Assembly: GCA_021803945.1 (NCBI GenBank) | Contig: JAJZKW010000002.1 | Location: forward strand, 1,734 to 65,733 | From: Candidatus Micrarchaeota archaeon | Lineage (GTDB): Archaea; Micrarchaeota; Micrarchaeia; Micrarchaeales; CABMGC01 | DNA: 64,000 bases | Reading direction: 5' to 3' | In this document: positions 1 to 10,300 of the stretch, piece after piece | Layout of the letters: each line of letters starts with the position of its first letter | Position numbering within the stretch: position 1 is the stretch's first letter | The notes under the pieces: model-generated | Databases searched by the model: none | The model's input: only the letters and a program-made list of their open reading frames with translations | What the model was told of the DNA's origin: nothing | Made by a program: the position numbers and the translations under genes

Positions 1-1842
1 GGTTTCAAGTGCGGCCTGGAGATACACCAGAGGCTTGCAACAAGGCAGAAGCTCTTCTGCTCGTGCAGTGCAGAGATCACCGGAGACGAAGTCATAGCAC
101 AGGTGTCGAGGAGGCAGCGCGCCGTAGCCGGAGAGCTCGGAGCCATGGACAGATCCACGAGCTTCGAAAGCAGCAGGAAGAGGAAATTCATATACAACAT
201 ATTCAGGAACACTTCATGCCTCGTCGACATAGACGAGGAGCCTCCGCACAAAGTGAACAGGGATGCGATAGATACAGCGCTGCGTTTTGCATCTGCGTTC
301 GGATCAAAGGTGCCTGACGAGATAGAGCCGATGAGGAAGGAGGTAGTGGATGGCAGTGACACCACTGCGTTCCAGAGAAGTATGATGGTCGCCTATGACG
401 GAAAGATAGAGGTAAACGGAAGGCACATACCGATAACATCCATATTCCTCGAGGAGGAGTCAAGCGGGATAGATTCCAGCAGCAACGACTCTGTAGTGTA
501 CAATATAGACAGGCAAGGAATACCATTGATAGAAATAGATACAGACCCTTCAATATCAACTCCGCAGGAAGCCAAGGAAGTGGCCCTAAAGATAGGCTTG
601 ATACTAAGACTAACAGGAAGAAAAGACGGCAATACTATAGCATCAGGAGTCCAGAGAGGGATAGGGACAATAAGACAGGATGTAAACGTATCGATTGCCG
701 GCGGGACAAGGGTCGAGGTAAAGGGCCTGCAGGAAATAGGTTCTGTAGACTTGCTGATAGAGAACGAGGTAGAGCGGCAGATCAGGCTGATAGAGATAAA
801 GAAGGAGCTCGTGGCAAGGCAGGCAAAAGTTGACGGCTCATCCGTAGATCTTTCGAAGATCCTAGGGTCCGTAAGCGGAAATATAATAGGCGACACGTTG
901 TCCAAAGGCGGGATAGTGCTAGGCTCAAGGCTCCAGGGATTTGCAGGCATGCTAGGCATGGAGATAAGTCAGGACAGGAGGCTCGGCAGTGAGATAAGCG
1001 ATTATGCAAAGATGGCCGGAGTAAAGGGAATAATCCACAGCGACGAGGACCTGGGCAAGTACGGAATAGGGGACAGCGAAATAAGAATGATAAGGTCAGA
1101 GCTCGGAGTCAATGATCTTGACTCATTCATACTCATAGCCGCAGACAAGGATGCCTGCACGATGGCAATGTCTTTTGCGCTTGACAGGGCAAGGATGGCG
1201 CTGACAGAAGTACCTCCTGAGACAAGGGCCGTGTCGGATTCAAAGAAGGGCACCACAAGGTTCATGAGGCCCCTTCCAGGAGGCTCGAGGATGTATCCGG
1301 AGACTGACTCGGAGCCAATACTGATAAGCAGGCAATATTACGATGGCATACAGAAGCAGACAGTCTACATGGAAGACAGGCTTGCAGCGATAAGAAAAGA
1401 GATAAGCAACCAGCAGCTCGCAGAGCAGATGGCATACTCTGTAAGGCTTCCCCTCTACGAATACATAACCTCCAATGTCAGCGGAATAAACATCGTGGTG
1501 GCTGCAACGCTGCTTGAGAAGATCAAGGAGCTTGAAAGGTCTGGCATAAGTGTAGATATTGACAAGGATGTGATGGTTCATCTGTTCAAGGCGTATGCGG
1601 CCGGAGAGATAACAAAAGCTGCAATAGGGGAAGTGATGAAGAATTCGCCGAAATCTATAAATGACACCGATAGGATAATAAGTGAAAAGTCGCTTGCAAG
1701 GATATCTGGAGAAAGGCTAAAAGAACTCATACTCAAAGAGAAGAAGGCATCAAAGGGCGACCTGGCGAAGGAACTAATGTCAAAGTACAGGCTGAATGTG
1801 GATGGCGATGAGTTCAATGTGATACTTGGTGATATGAAATGA
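1..1842 (+). CDS. gatE: Glu-tRNA(Gln) amidotransferase subunit E (5'-partial; frame open from base 1)
   Basis: Frame 1 reads GFKCGLEIHQRL...KLFCSC from base 1, upstream of the ORF-track start. MRKEVVDGS, RQGIPLIEI, RGIGTIRQDVNVSI, GIIHSDE and RPLPGGSRMYPETD are GatE motifs. Confidence 0.96.
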   Translation, partial: GFKCGLEIHQRLATRQKLFCSCSAEITGDEVIAQVSRRQRAVAGELGAMDRSTSFESSRKRKFIYNIFRNTSCLVDIDEEPPHKVNRDAIDTALRFASAFGSKVPDEIEPMRKEVVDGSDTTAFQRSMMVAYDGKIEVNGRHIPITSIFLEEESSGIDSSSNDSVVYNIDRQGIPLIEIDTDPSISTPQEAKEVALKIGLILRLTGRKDGNTIASGVQRGIGTIRQDVNVSIAGGTRVEVKGLQEIGSVDLLIENEVERQIRLIEIKKELVARQAKVDGSSVDLSKILGSVSGNIIGDTLSKGGIVLGSRLQGFAGMLGMEISQDRRLGSEISDYAKMAGVKGIIHSDEDLGKYGIGDSEIRMIRSELGVNDLDSFILIAADKDACTMAMSFALDRARMALTEVPPETRAVSDSKKGTTRFMRPLPGGSRMYPETDSEPILISRQYYDGIQKQTVYMEDRLAAIRKEISNQQLAEQMAYSVRLPLYEYITSNVSGINIVVAATLLEKIKELERSGISVDIDKDVMVHLFKAYAAGEITKAAIGEVMKNSPKSINDTDRIISEKSLARISGERLKELILKEKKASKGDLAKELMSKYRLNVDGDEFNVILGDMK

Positions 1843-2531
1843 AATACGATATTCTAGGATCGAACATGCAGCATCTCAGGGTAACCCTCGAGGAAGGCGA
1901 TAAGATATACGCGGACTCTGGCTCGTTCATAAGCAAGACGCAGAACGTGACCATGGTTCCGAAGCTCGCCGGCGGCGTGATAAGCGCATTGGAAAGGAAG
2001 GCTACAGGAATGACTGCCACTCTAACAGAATTTGCGGTAAAGGATGGGTCTGGCACAGGCGATGTTTCGGTGTCAGGGGTCTTTCCAGGAAAGATATACC
2101 AGGTCACCCTTGCAGAAGGCCAGAAATTCATTATAGAGCGTTATTCTCTGCTTGCGGCGGAATCTTCGGTAACTTACACCATAAAGACGATGAACCTCGG
2201 CGCGATGCTCTTCGCAAAGTCAGGTTACTATCTCCTCGAACTCGTGGGACCAGGGAATGCGTTTATCCACATAGTCGGCGACATAATAGAGCACAACATA
2301 ACCAAGGATAATCTTGTTGAAGTGGATCCCCAGCATGTGGCAGGCTTCGACTCCACCCTTAGTTACAACGTCAAGTCCGTCGAGAACATCAGGACAGCGA
2401 TGTTCGGAGGGATCGGCCTTTTCCTGGCCACTTTCAGCGGCACAGGCAGGCTTATAACGCACAGTGTTTCAAGGCACAAGCTATCCATTGAGATATATCT
2501 GGAGGCGCTAGGTCAGCAGAAGCCGAAGTGA
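1839..2531 (+). CDS. AIM24/TIGR00266 family protein
   Basis: MKYDILGSNMQ..VTLEEGDKIYADSG start, ELVGPGNAFIH, VDPQHVAGFD, FGGIGLFLATFSGTG; ATGA overlap with gatE. Confidence 0.85.
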   Translation: MKYDILGSNMQHLRVTLEEGDKIYADSGSFISKTQNVTMVPKLAGGVISALERKATGMTATLTEFAVKDGSGTGDVSVSGVFPGKIYQVTLAEGQKFIIERYSLLAAESSVTYTIKTMNLGAMLFAKSGYYLLELVGPGNAFIHIVGDIIEHNITKDNLVEVDPQHVAGFDSTLSYNVKSVENIRTAMFGGIGLFLATFSGTGRLITHSVSRHKLSIEIYLEALGQQKPK

Positions 2532-2535
2532 TGGC

Positions 2536-3069
2536 TTGGGCAGAGCGCTGTACAGGTCGAAGATGTTTGACGTCGAGAAATGCGTAACCCGAATTGCAGG
2601 GAGGAAATTCTCCTTCGACCTGATCAGAAGCGCGAATACCGTCGGCATCGTGCCGATTGCGGATGACGGAAGTATAATACTCGAGATGCAGTACAGGTAT
2701 GTTGTAGGAAAGTACCTGTACGAGATACCTGCAGGACACATTGACAAGGGAGAAAGCCCTGAGCATGCAGCCAGGAGAGAACTCGAAGAGGAAACAGGCT
2801 ACAGGGCAAAGCACATGAGAGTGCTGTTCAGGTGCTATCCTAGCCCTGGGATAAAAACTGAATACGCAACATACTATGTTGCGCACGGACTTGTGAAGAC
2901 CGCCGCCCACCTCGACAGGGACGAAGTAATAGCTACCATAAAGGTAAGCCTTGCAACTGCTCTAAAGATGATAAGGAAGAACCAGATAAAGGACAACAAG
3001 ACAATTGCGTCTATACTTTTCTATACCTCATTTTCGACGAAGCGAAGGCGCCCGCTTGCGCTGTCGTAG
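2536..3069 (+). CDS. NUDIX hydrolase (ADP-ribose pyrophosphatase-like)
   Basis: Nudix box GHIDKGESPEHAARRELEEETG, plus QYRY, EIPAG, YPSPG and IKDNKT. Confidence 0.9.
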   Translation: MGRALYRSKMFDVEKCVTRIAGRKFSFDLIRSANTVGIVPIADDGSIILEMQYRYVVGKYLYEIPAGHIDKGESPEHAARRELEEETGYRAKHMRVLFRCYPSPGIKTEYATYYVAHGLVKTAAHLDRDEVIATIKVSLATALKMIRKNQIKDNKTIASILFYTSFSTKRRRPLALS

Positions 3070-3716
3070 TTCTTCAGTTCTTTCCTGTGTTTTTTGTATT
3101 CCGGGCACAGCGTAGAGACTACGCTCCAGAACTTAGCAGAGTGGTTCATCTCCTTCAGGTGCGCAACTTCATGCGATATCACATAATCGAGAAGCCCTTC
3201 AGGCAGCATAGATACTGCATAATTAAGAGTGATCATCCTGTTGCTCTTGCACACTCCCCACTTCCTGCACTTCCTCACCTTTATTCCACTCAAACTCTCG
3301 TTTATCTGCCCAGCCTTCCTGGTTGCAATCTCCCCCGAAAGCCTTAAGGAATCTGCCTTAATCATCCTTTCAATAGCCATGCTTGCCGCAGCATGGCTAG
3401 GCGCATATACCAACAACCCGCTTTCGCTTATGTCTACTTTTGGCCTCGAACCGGATCTAATGTAATTCACATTATATCTCCTTGACCTGTAGAATATGGA
3501 ATCGGAATCAAACAGTCTTATGCAGGACTTTATCTCATTGTAGTGCTTTGATATCCATGGCCTGTGCTTCGAGATCATCTTTTTCATCATCCCTTCATTC
3601 CTTGAGACCACCACAAGCCTGTCTTCGATGAACTTAAGGTATGTGTTCTTTATCCATGGCTTCATGATGAATTCAGCCCTTATCACATTGCCGTCTACTT
3701 CAACATGTCCGTCCAT
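3021..3716 (-). CDS. YgjP/DUF45 (M48-like) metal-dependent hydrolase
   Basis: KWGVC...ITLN...DYVISHEVAHLKEMNHSAKFW. Start moved to the ATG at 3716, just after the aIF5B stop. Confidence 0.88.
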   Translation of the reverse strand: MDGHVEVDGNVIRAEFIMKPWIKNTYLKFIEDRLVVVSRNEGMMKKMISKHRPWISKHYNEIKSCIRLFDSDSIFYRSRRYNVNYIRSGSRPKVDISESGLLVYAPSHAAASMAIERMIKADSLRLSGEIATRKAGQINESLSGIKVRKCRKWGVCKSNRMITLNYAVSMLPEGLLDYVISHEVAHLKEMNHSAKFWSVVSTLCPEYKKHRKELKNYDSASGRLRFVENEV

Positions 3717-3720
3717 AGAT

Positions 3721-5478
3721 TCACTTCTCCAGTTTTGCATTCCTGTTTATCTCGGCCAGGACCTCAATGAGGTCCTTGTCGTCGTCTGTCAGAAGCTGCT
3801 CGTGTTTGAACTTCAGCGCGCGTATCTCATCGCTCGGTATGAAAGTGTAAAGTATGTCGTTCTCCTTGATCTGCCTGCCGAAAGTGACGTCGGATATCGA
3901 GATCGCGACGCTGTCTCCCTTCTTCGCCTCCTGCTTTCCTATGCCGTTGTCCTGTATCTCCTTTATCCTCCCGATCATATCTCCGTTCTCCTTCATCAGG
4001 AGGTATGATGGCTTTATCCTGCCTGCAGCCACCTCGACACCAAACACTGCGGGGTGCGAGACCCTGAAGCACGAGTTTGGCAGTATCTTCAGTTTCCCAG
4101 GAAAGGTGAGCGCCTTCTCGAGAAGCTCCCTCTCCCGCTTCCTATGGGCATCTATCCAGACCTTGTAATTGTCTATCAGCTTGTAGATTATGTTGGCGTT
4201 AATCACGTCTATGCCAGTGGCCTGCCTCTCCGCCTCAGCGTCGTCCTCGATGCCGACTCCGAACGCAAGTATGACTGCATTGTGTGGGTCTGTAGCGCGC
4301 ATGGAGAATGCGTCAAGCACGTCCCTCTTTGTCACTTTTCCAAGCGCCTTCTTGCTTATGTCGACGTTTATGCTCTTAAGAAGCCTCGATATTGCCTCGA
4401 TGCTGCCTATGGTGTCAGCCTTAAGTATGACTCCAGACTTATCCGAAGCGAACACCTCCTTGAGCTCCGCAGATATCTCCTCCTCGTAGGTCTGGCTCTT
4501 TGTGGATATCACAAGCGATCCAGGAAGCGCGCCATCAAGTCCGCTTCCGCTTATCTTCACTCCTGAAGCAGCGCTGACAAAATCAACATAATAAAACTTT
4601 CCAGCAGATTCCCTCATCTCCTGCAGCGGCTTGGGCTTCAGCAACGCCCTTATCTTCGCGGTATTTATCCCCGATTCTGTCGCAAAGGCCACAGTGTCAT
4701 TTACGGACAGGGTGCCGTTGTACAATATAACATCAAGTGTTATTCCCAGCCCCTTCTCCTCCTTCTTCTCTATTATGCTCCCGACTCCAGGTTCGCCGGT
4801 GTCGATGTCCAGCCGCTTCCCGAGGAACTTCTGGGAAAGCCCTGCGACATACATCAGAAGCTCAGCAATCCCTTCCCCAGTCTTCGCGCTTATCGGCATT
4901 ATCGAGAGCTCCTTTGTCACGTCTGTGACCCTGTCGAACCTCTCGCTCGAGAACCCTGCCTCGCTGAGCTTTCCAACGAGCATGTACAGCTTAGCCTCAA
5001 GCTCCTCCTTCACTCCAGGACTCTGCTTCGAAAAGGATTCAAGGAAACTGGAAGTGCCAGCAGGCCTCCATCCTGTCATAAGGTCTATCTTGTTGGCTGC
5101 CACTATGAAAGGGGTCTTGTACTCCCTCAATATGTCAATGGCCTCATAGGTCTGCGGCTCAAGGTTCTTTGTTATGTCCACGACCAAGATCGCAAGGTCA
5201 GATACGGACCCTCCCCTCCTCCTGAGATTCGTGAATGCCTCATGCCCAGGCGTGTCTATGAACAGGAGCCCCGGTATAGTTATCTCAACGCCCATCTTCT
5301 TGATCAGCGGGCCGCATATCCGCTTCACCACTTCAATCGGGACCTCGCTAGCCCCTATATGCTGCGTTATCCCTCCTGCCTCCTTGCTGGCTATCGCAGT
5401 GTTCCTTATCTTGTCCAGGAGCGAGGTTTTTCCGTGGTCCACATGCCCCATCACAGTTATTATAGGTTGCCTTATCAT
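3721..5478 (-). CDS. infB: translation initiation factor aIF5B (IF-2)
   Basis: IRQPIITVMGHVDHGKTSLLD, GGITQHIGA, DTPGHEAF, NKID; 585 aa, no intein. Confidence 0.97.
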   Translation of the reverse strand: MIRQPIITVMGHVDHGKTSLLDKIRNTAIASKEAGGITQHIGASEVPIEVVKRICGPLIKKMGVEITIPGLLFIDTPGHEAFTNLRRRGGSVSDLAILVVDITKNLEPQTYEAIDILREYKTPFIVAANKIDLMTGWRPAGTSSFLESFSKQSPGVKEELEAKLYMLVGKLSEAGFSSERFDRVTDVTKELSIMPISAKTGEGIAELLMYVAGLSQKFLGKRLDIDTGEPGVGSIIEKKEEKGLGITLDVILYNGTLSVNDTVAFATESGINTAKIRALLKPKPLQEMRESAGKFYYVDFVSAASGVKISGSGLDGALPGSLVISTKSQTYEEEISAELKEVFASDKSGVILKADTIGSIEAISRLLKSINVDISKKALGKVTKRDVLDAFSMRATDPHNAVILAFGVGIEDDAEAERQATGIDVINANIIYKLIDNYKVWIDAHRKRERELLEKALTFPGKLKILPNSCFRVSHPAVFGVEVAAGRIKPSYLLMKENGDMIGRIKEIQDNGIGKQEAKKGDSVAISISDVTFGRQIKENDILYTFIPSDEIRALKFKHEQLLTDDDKDLIEVLAEINRNAKLEK

Positions 5479-5543
5479 CGCCGCGCACCCGAGTAAGCTT
5501 TAAGAATTCTATTAACTATATAATCTGCATATACTATTTAAAG

Positions 5544-6119
5544 ATGGCGAAATTTATGGAGAGAGCACTTGTCCTGGTAAAGCCCGACGGCGTGGAAAGG
5601 GCGCTTATCGGAGCTGTAATAAAGAGGTTCGAGGATTCAGGCTTGAAGGTCGTGGGGCTTAAGATGGTGAAGCCCACAGAGACCGTAGTCGGAAAGCATT
5701 ATACAGATGACAAGGAATGGCTGCTCAGCGTAGGTGCGAAGGCCAAGCAGTCGGCAAAGGAGAAAGGCAGCGAATCAAAGGAGACTGAGATGGAGATAGG
5801 CCGCAGGATAAGGTCGCTGCTCATCAGTGAGCTTACAAAAGGGGTCGTAGTCGCATTCGTGCTAGAGGGCAACTCTGCAGCCGAGGCTGCAAGGAAGATT
5901 GCAGGAGGGACGGAGCCAAGGAGGGCAGACCCGTCATCCATAAGGGGGACGTATTCCACCGACAGCTACTCCATGGCTGATCAGAAGAAGAGGCCGGTAA
6001 GGAACATAGTACATGTATCGGAAAATGGCGAGATAGCAGAGAAGGAGATAAAGGTGTGGTTCAGCGAATCGGAGCTCTTCAAGTATGAAAGGGCGGACGA
6101 GGAAGCGATGTACGGCTGA
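5544..6119 (+). CDS. ndk: nucleoside diphosphate kinase (long form with insertion)
   Basis: ERALVLVKPDGVER, GGTEP..ADPSSIRG, catalytic NIVHVSE. Confidence 0.93.
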   Translation: MAKFMERALVLVKPDGVERALIGAVIKRFEDSGLKVVGLKMVKPTETVVGKHYTDDKEWLLSVGAKAKQSAKEKGSESKETEMEIGRRIRSLLISELTKGVVVAFVLEGNSAAEAARKIAGGTEPRRADPSSIRGTYSTDSYSMADQKKRPVRNIVHVSENGEIAEKEIKVWFSESELFKYERADEEAMYG

Positions 6120-6254
6120 AAGCTTCTTTACAGATAGATGCACATTTTCATTGTTCCATATCCTATGTGTTTGAGGTGTTACGGCTTTTGGCAAGCATAA
6201 TATTCACGAGCGCGTGGGCTTCGGGATACACTACTCCCTGAGAGAATCTCTTAG

Positions 6255-6554
6255 TCATTTCTTTTCTAGTATGTCTCCGAACGATCTGATAAAATAAGCT
6301 CTTGCCTCACTGAGGGCCCTATTGCCATCCTTTGTCAATGAGTATACTATCAGCTTGCCCGACCTCTTGCCTGTTATCAGTCCTTTTTCACTCAGATCCC
6401 TGAGTGCAGGATAAAGCGTGCCGGCCTTAGGCTTCTCCCCCCTTCTCTTCTTTATCTCTTCTGCTATGCCATCCCCGTGCATATCCTTCTTTGTAAGCAG
6501 CCATAATATCTGGAACGAGAGGAAGCCCCTCATGTCACAGTAGCACGATCCCAT
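6255..6554 (-). CDS. PadR-family winged-helix regulator with N-terminal CxC
   Basis: ILWLL..KDMHGDGIAEEI...GTLYPALRDLSEKGLI...YSLTKDG. Start placed at ATG 6554 (MGSCYCDMRG); the ORF-track start overlaps the operator. Confidence 0.88.
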   Translation of the reverse strand: MGSCYCDMRGFLSFQILWLLTKKDMHGDGIAEEIKKRRGEKPKAGTLYPALRDLSEKGLITGKRSGKLIVYSLTKDGNRALSEARAYFIRSFGDILEKK

Positions 6555-6567
6555 AGCACCAACACAC

Positions 6568-6615
6568 ATATATGACATCCTATATATTTAAATACTTATA
6601 TATGATATCCTATAT
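6568..6615. promoter_or_regulatory. bidirectional promoter: two 18-bp near-palindromic operators flanking a palindromic TATA element
   Basis: ATATATGACATCCTATAT (6568-6585) and ATATATGATATCCTATAT (6598-6615) are offset by exactly 30 bp. TATTTAAATA (6585-6594) lies between them and is self-complementary. Confidence 0.75.
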
Positions 6616-6626
6616 CAGGTGTATAA

Positions 6627-6923
6627 ATGAACGATAAGCAATGTAATTGCGACAATGAAGGCGGCAAGCAGTGCTCCTGCGGAAGCATGAATGAGGGGCA
6701 GTGCGGCTGCGGAAGTGGCGGAGAGAAGCAGTGCAGCTGCGGAAACAGCGGAGGAGGGCAGTGCGGCTGCGGAGGCAGAGGCCACATGCAACACGGGAAA
6801 ATGAGGGAATTCTTCACAACCGATGAGATAATAGATGGTCTCAAGGAGTACAAGAAGACGCTTGCAAAGGAGATTCTTGGAATAGACGAGAAAATAAAGA
6901 AGATAGAGAAGGAAAAAAAGTAA
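6627..6923 (+). CDS. small Cys/Gly-rich repeat protein (metallothionein-like N-terminus, coiled-coil C-terminus)
   Basis: Five QCxC motifs at 10-aa spacing, then HMQH and a charged helix; GGTG SD 5 nt before the ATG. Confidence 0.85.
   Translation: MNDKQCNCDNEGGKQCSCGSMNEGQCGCGSGGEKQCSCGNSGGGQCGCGGRGHMQHGKMREFFTTDEIIDGLKEYKKTLAKEILGIDEKIKKIEKEKK
6636..6785 (+). repeat. 5 x 30-bp degenerate coding tandem repeat
   Basis: Units begin aagcaatgtaattgc / aagcagtgctcctgc / gggcagtgcggctgc / aagcagtgcagctgc / gggcagtgcggctgc. Confidence 0.85.
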
Positions 6924-6963
6924 TTTCCTTCCAGTTTTTTAATTTTTGATATCCTGAGGCACA

Positions 6964-7269
6964 TCACAGGTTCATACTCATCCTTGCCTCATCGCTTATC
7001 ATTTCAGGGCTCCATGCAGGATCCCAGACGAGGTCTATGTCAACGTTGCCTGCGTCGTGAAGATGCTCTATCCTGAGCTGTACGTCCGCAAGTATTACGC
7101 TTGTGACAGGGCACATCGGGCTCGTCATGGTGAGCGTTACCTTTACATTGTTGCTTTCGTCTATCCTTATGCCTTGGATCAGGCCAAGGTCTACTATATT
7201 CAGTCCTATCTCCGGGTCTACGCATCCCTTCAGCGCGGTTATTATCTCCGCAATAGTTATCCTTGTCAT
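6964..7269 (-). CDS. DUF59/SufT-like Fe-S cluster assembly factor
   Basis: VDPEIGLNIVDLGLI, TMTSPMCP, VWDPAWSPEMIS. Confidence 0.92.
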   Translation of the reverse strand: MTRITIAEIITALKGCVDPEIGLNIVDLGLIQGIRIDESNNVKVTLTMTSPMCPVTSVILADVQLRIEHLHDAGNVDIDLVWDPAWSPEMISDEARMSMNL

Positions 7270-7332
7270 ACAGCATCCATTCTCTTTTTTGGTATTTAAT
7301 ACCTACTCCTTCATGCTCCAGAGCGTCACGAT

Positions 7333-10300
7333 TCACCTACATCCCGGCGAAGTGATCCATGCACACCCATTCACGCTCGGGCATATGTTGCCTCCGAGGT
7401 CCTTGCTCGTACTGCTCGTCGCAGATCCCGAGCAGTAGAATCCATTCAGCGAATTCGATATTATGTTGTCCTTTATTGAAGTGAACTGTGAATTGCCTAT
7501 CCTTATCCCGAAGGACGAGTTGCTTATCGTGTTGTTTTCAAGGCTGGTCGAGAGGCTCTGGTTTAAGCTCACTCCTGTGTCCGTCCCTGATATATTGTTG
7601 TCCTGAACAGTGCTGCTGTTGTATGCGTAAAGATAGATGCCATCCGAAGAATTTATTATGTGGTTGCCCTGGATATTGGAGTACTCTGAATTGTTGACGT
7701 ATATTGAGCTGTTTGACGATCCAACAAACGTGTTGTTCAGTATCGAGATGCCTGACACAGCAGCCTTCGAGTTGAATACCGCGGCATTGGTGAATCCTAT
7801 CAATATGCAGTTCTTAAGCGTCACCCTACTGGTATTGTAAGACGATACAAAGCTTCCCCCATTTGTTGCTAATATCGTGTGCCCGTTGCAGTCTATGGTA
7901 GTGCCATCGGCAGTAAGGTTGCCCGCAGAGCGTATCGCGAAGCATGTGTCGTTATATGGGTACACCATGTCCTGCGTAAGTGATATTGTATCAGGGCTTG
8001 TTATGAGGGTGCACACCTGCGAGAGATAGACGGGAGATACTTCAACAAGCCAGTCACAGTTCACATTCGATACCCCATAGTTTATCCTGCCGTACTGCGC
8101 GTACACTCCTGAAGAGTCAGGAGAGCATGAATAGCTATAGCCGCTTCCAGAATAAACATGATTGTCGTATATCGTGTTGTGCATTGATCCTGAGATTAGA
8201 AATCCATAGTCTGTGAAGTTTGCAGTATTGTTCAATACCTTGTTGTTGTGAGCGCCTGACAGTACAAAACCGTATCCTGAAGGCGCAGAGTTCGCCCTGT
8301 TCCCGATCAGCGAACTACTGTTGGTATTTACCAATGAGTATGCCTGCGTGCCGAAATTAGCCACCAGGTTGTTCGAGATGTATGCATCTGTACCGTTGCT
8401 TATGTTGACTCCGCTGCCGACGAAACGTATCACAGAAGATGTAAGGCTTAGAGAACGCGTATTGCTTGCCATGAGCCCGCTCCCGAATCCAGATATCGAA
8501 CACCCGTTTACCGTCACATTCGAGACGTTGTCCATGCCGAACGCCGCGCCTATGCCAGTCGTAGATATTATCGAACTGTTCGCCGTGCAGTTTATTCCGA
8601 CCATGCTTGTGTCTATCTTGAAGCATGCTCCCTTAGCGAATATCTTCCCACCTATGGAATAATGCCCTGGCGCAGTTATCGTGGCGCATCCCCTAAGAGG
8701 GTATGCGCTCAGGTTAGGTAAGACCTTGACAGCGCATGATGTTGCCCAATTGCAGTCCGTGCTTGTGCATTTCACCCCAGTTGCAGAAAGCAAGCTCGAA
8801 TTGTAGGTATTCGTGGAACAGAAGAGGTCCACCTTGGAGCTCAGGGAGCTTTCGCCGTTCCTAAGGTACACATCAGTGGAATTGTCAAGGGTTATGCCGT
8901 ACGTGTTGTTTGTCATGTTAAATCCGCCCACTGTCGCATATGTTGTGCCGTTTATGTAGAATCCGTACACGTTCGAGTATGCACTAGAGTTCAGCAGGCT
9001 TCCATCAGTCGACGAACGTATGTAGATCCCGTACCTGCCGTTGTGCACAATCGTCGACCCGATCCCGAATTTCACAGCATTGACCAGATAGATTCCATAA
9101 GTGTTGTTCTGCAGGTTGCATCCCTGTATGGTTACGTTGTAAGCCCCGTTGTCCGACAGTATGCCATAAGGCGCGTTCTTTATTGTGTATCCATCGCACC
9201 TGAGGTTCACGTTTGATGCGTTGATGAGTATGCATGGTACTGTTCCTGCGCCTGGCTCCGATGCATTCATGTACGCTGCGAAGTTGAGATCGGATCCGAT
9301 GGTGTATGTGCCTGACGTGTCTATGCTGCCGCACGAATCTATCGCAGGGCTGAGTGTTACGCCTGTTACTGATGCCTGGGTGTTGTTCGCCGAGCAGTAT
9401 GCAAAATTGCAGAATCTGTTCACATAGCATGACGAATTGTAGAACCTGTTAGATGCGCTGAAGCTTGATGTTCCGGAGCATGCGATGTCCACAGGGTTGC
9501 CAAGCATAACCGACTTGATCACCCTGTTGCCTACAGAATTCATGAGCGAAATGCCGTAATAGGAGTTGTACTCCACAATGTCCCTGGACAATGTATTGTT
9601 CCCTCCTCCAGTCACGTTTATGGCGCCCGATACGCCCCCTGCGCTCCTAATATAATCATTGTATATGTGGTTGCGGCTGGATTCGTAGAGGTAGATCCCG
9701 GACCGTGTGGCGTTCTTTGAGGTGACGTTAAATACTGTGTCATTGTTGGATGCATTCAGGTATATGCCATAAGAGAATGCGGATACTACAAGGTTTGTTA
9801 TGCTGACATTCGGCTCGGAGCTGACTTCGACCCCATACGATACGGGCCCATTTACTGTAAATGGGCCAGACCCGGCTATAGCATGTCCCTTTCCGTCAAG
9901 AACCACTCCGCTGGACCCTATCTTCATGCATGTTCCTCCTCCAACAGGCGCAGTTACATTGTTTGCCAGGTAATAGCTCCCCGGCTTTGATATTGTAGTG
10001 CATGAATTTATCGCAAAGGCCGGAAGCCCAGTGGTATTTATTCTTATTGGAGGAGCAGGCATGCTGCTGATGAACGAATAGGCCATCCAGGCTATTATCA
10101 GCACTACAATAACTCCTGCAATTATCTTAATCGACCCTCCATATCTTTCAATCAACTCTTGCCTATCGATCGCAATGCCCTTGCTTGGGCGAGCAGGCGG
10201 TTGCTTAGCTGCAGTCTCCGCTCCTCCCTGGTTGACTTGGATCTGATTAGCTGGTTCCTGCTTCGCTGTTTCCGCTGTCTCCTCTCCATCATCCTGGCCA

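Noticed and set aside
3021..3069. 49-bp convergent overlap of the NUDIX and YgjP-like genes as antisense regulation
   Set aside because: Short tail-to-tail overlaps recur in this compact genome (e.g. 53269-53282) and need no special explanation.
6120..6254. Possible small RNA in the ndk-padR gap
   Set aside because: Only short hairpins and a lone CTGA; no box C or other family signature.
6636..6785. Periodic 30-bp repeats as a possible CRISPR array
   Set aside because: The units are contiguous, in-frame and coding, with no unique spacers and no cas genes.
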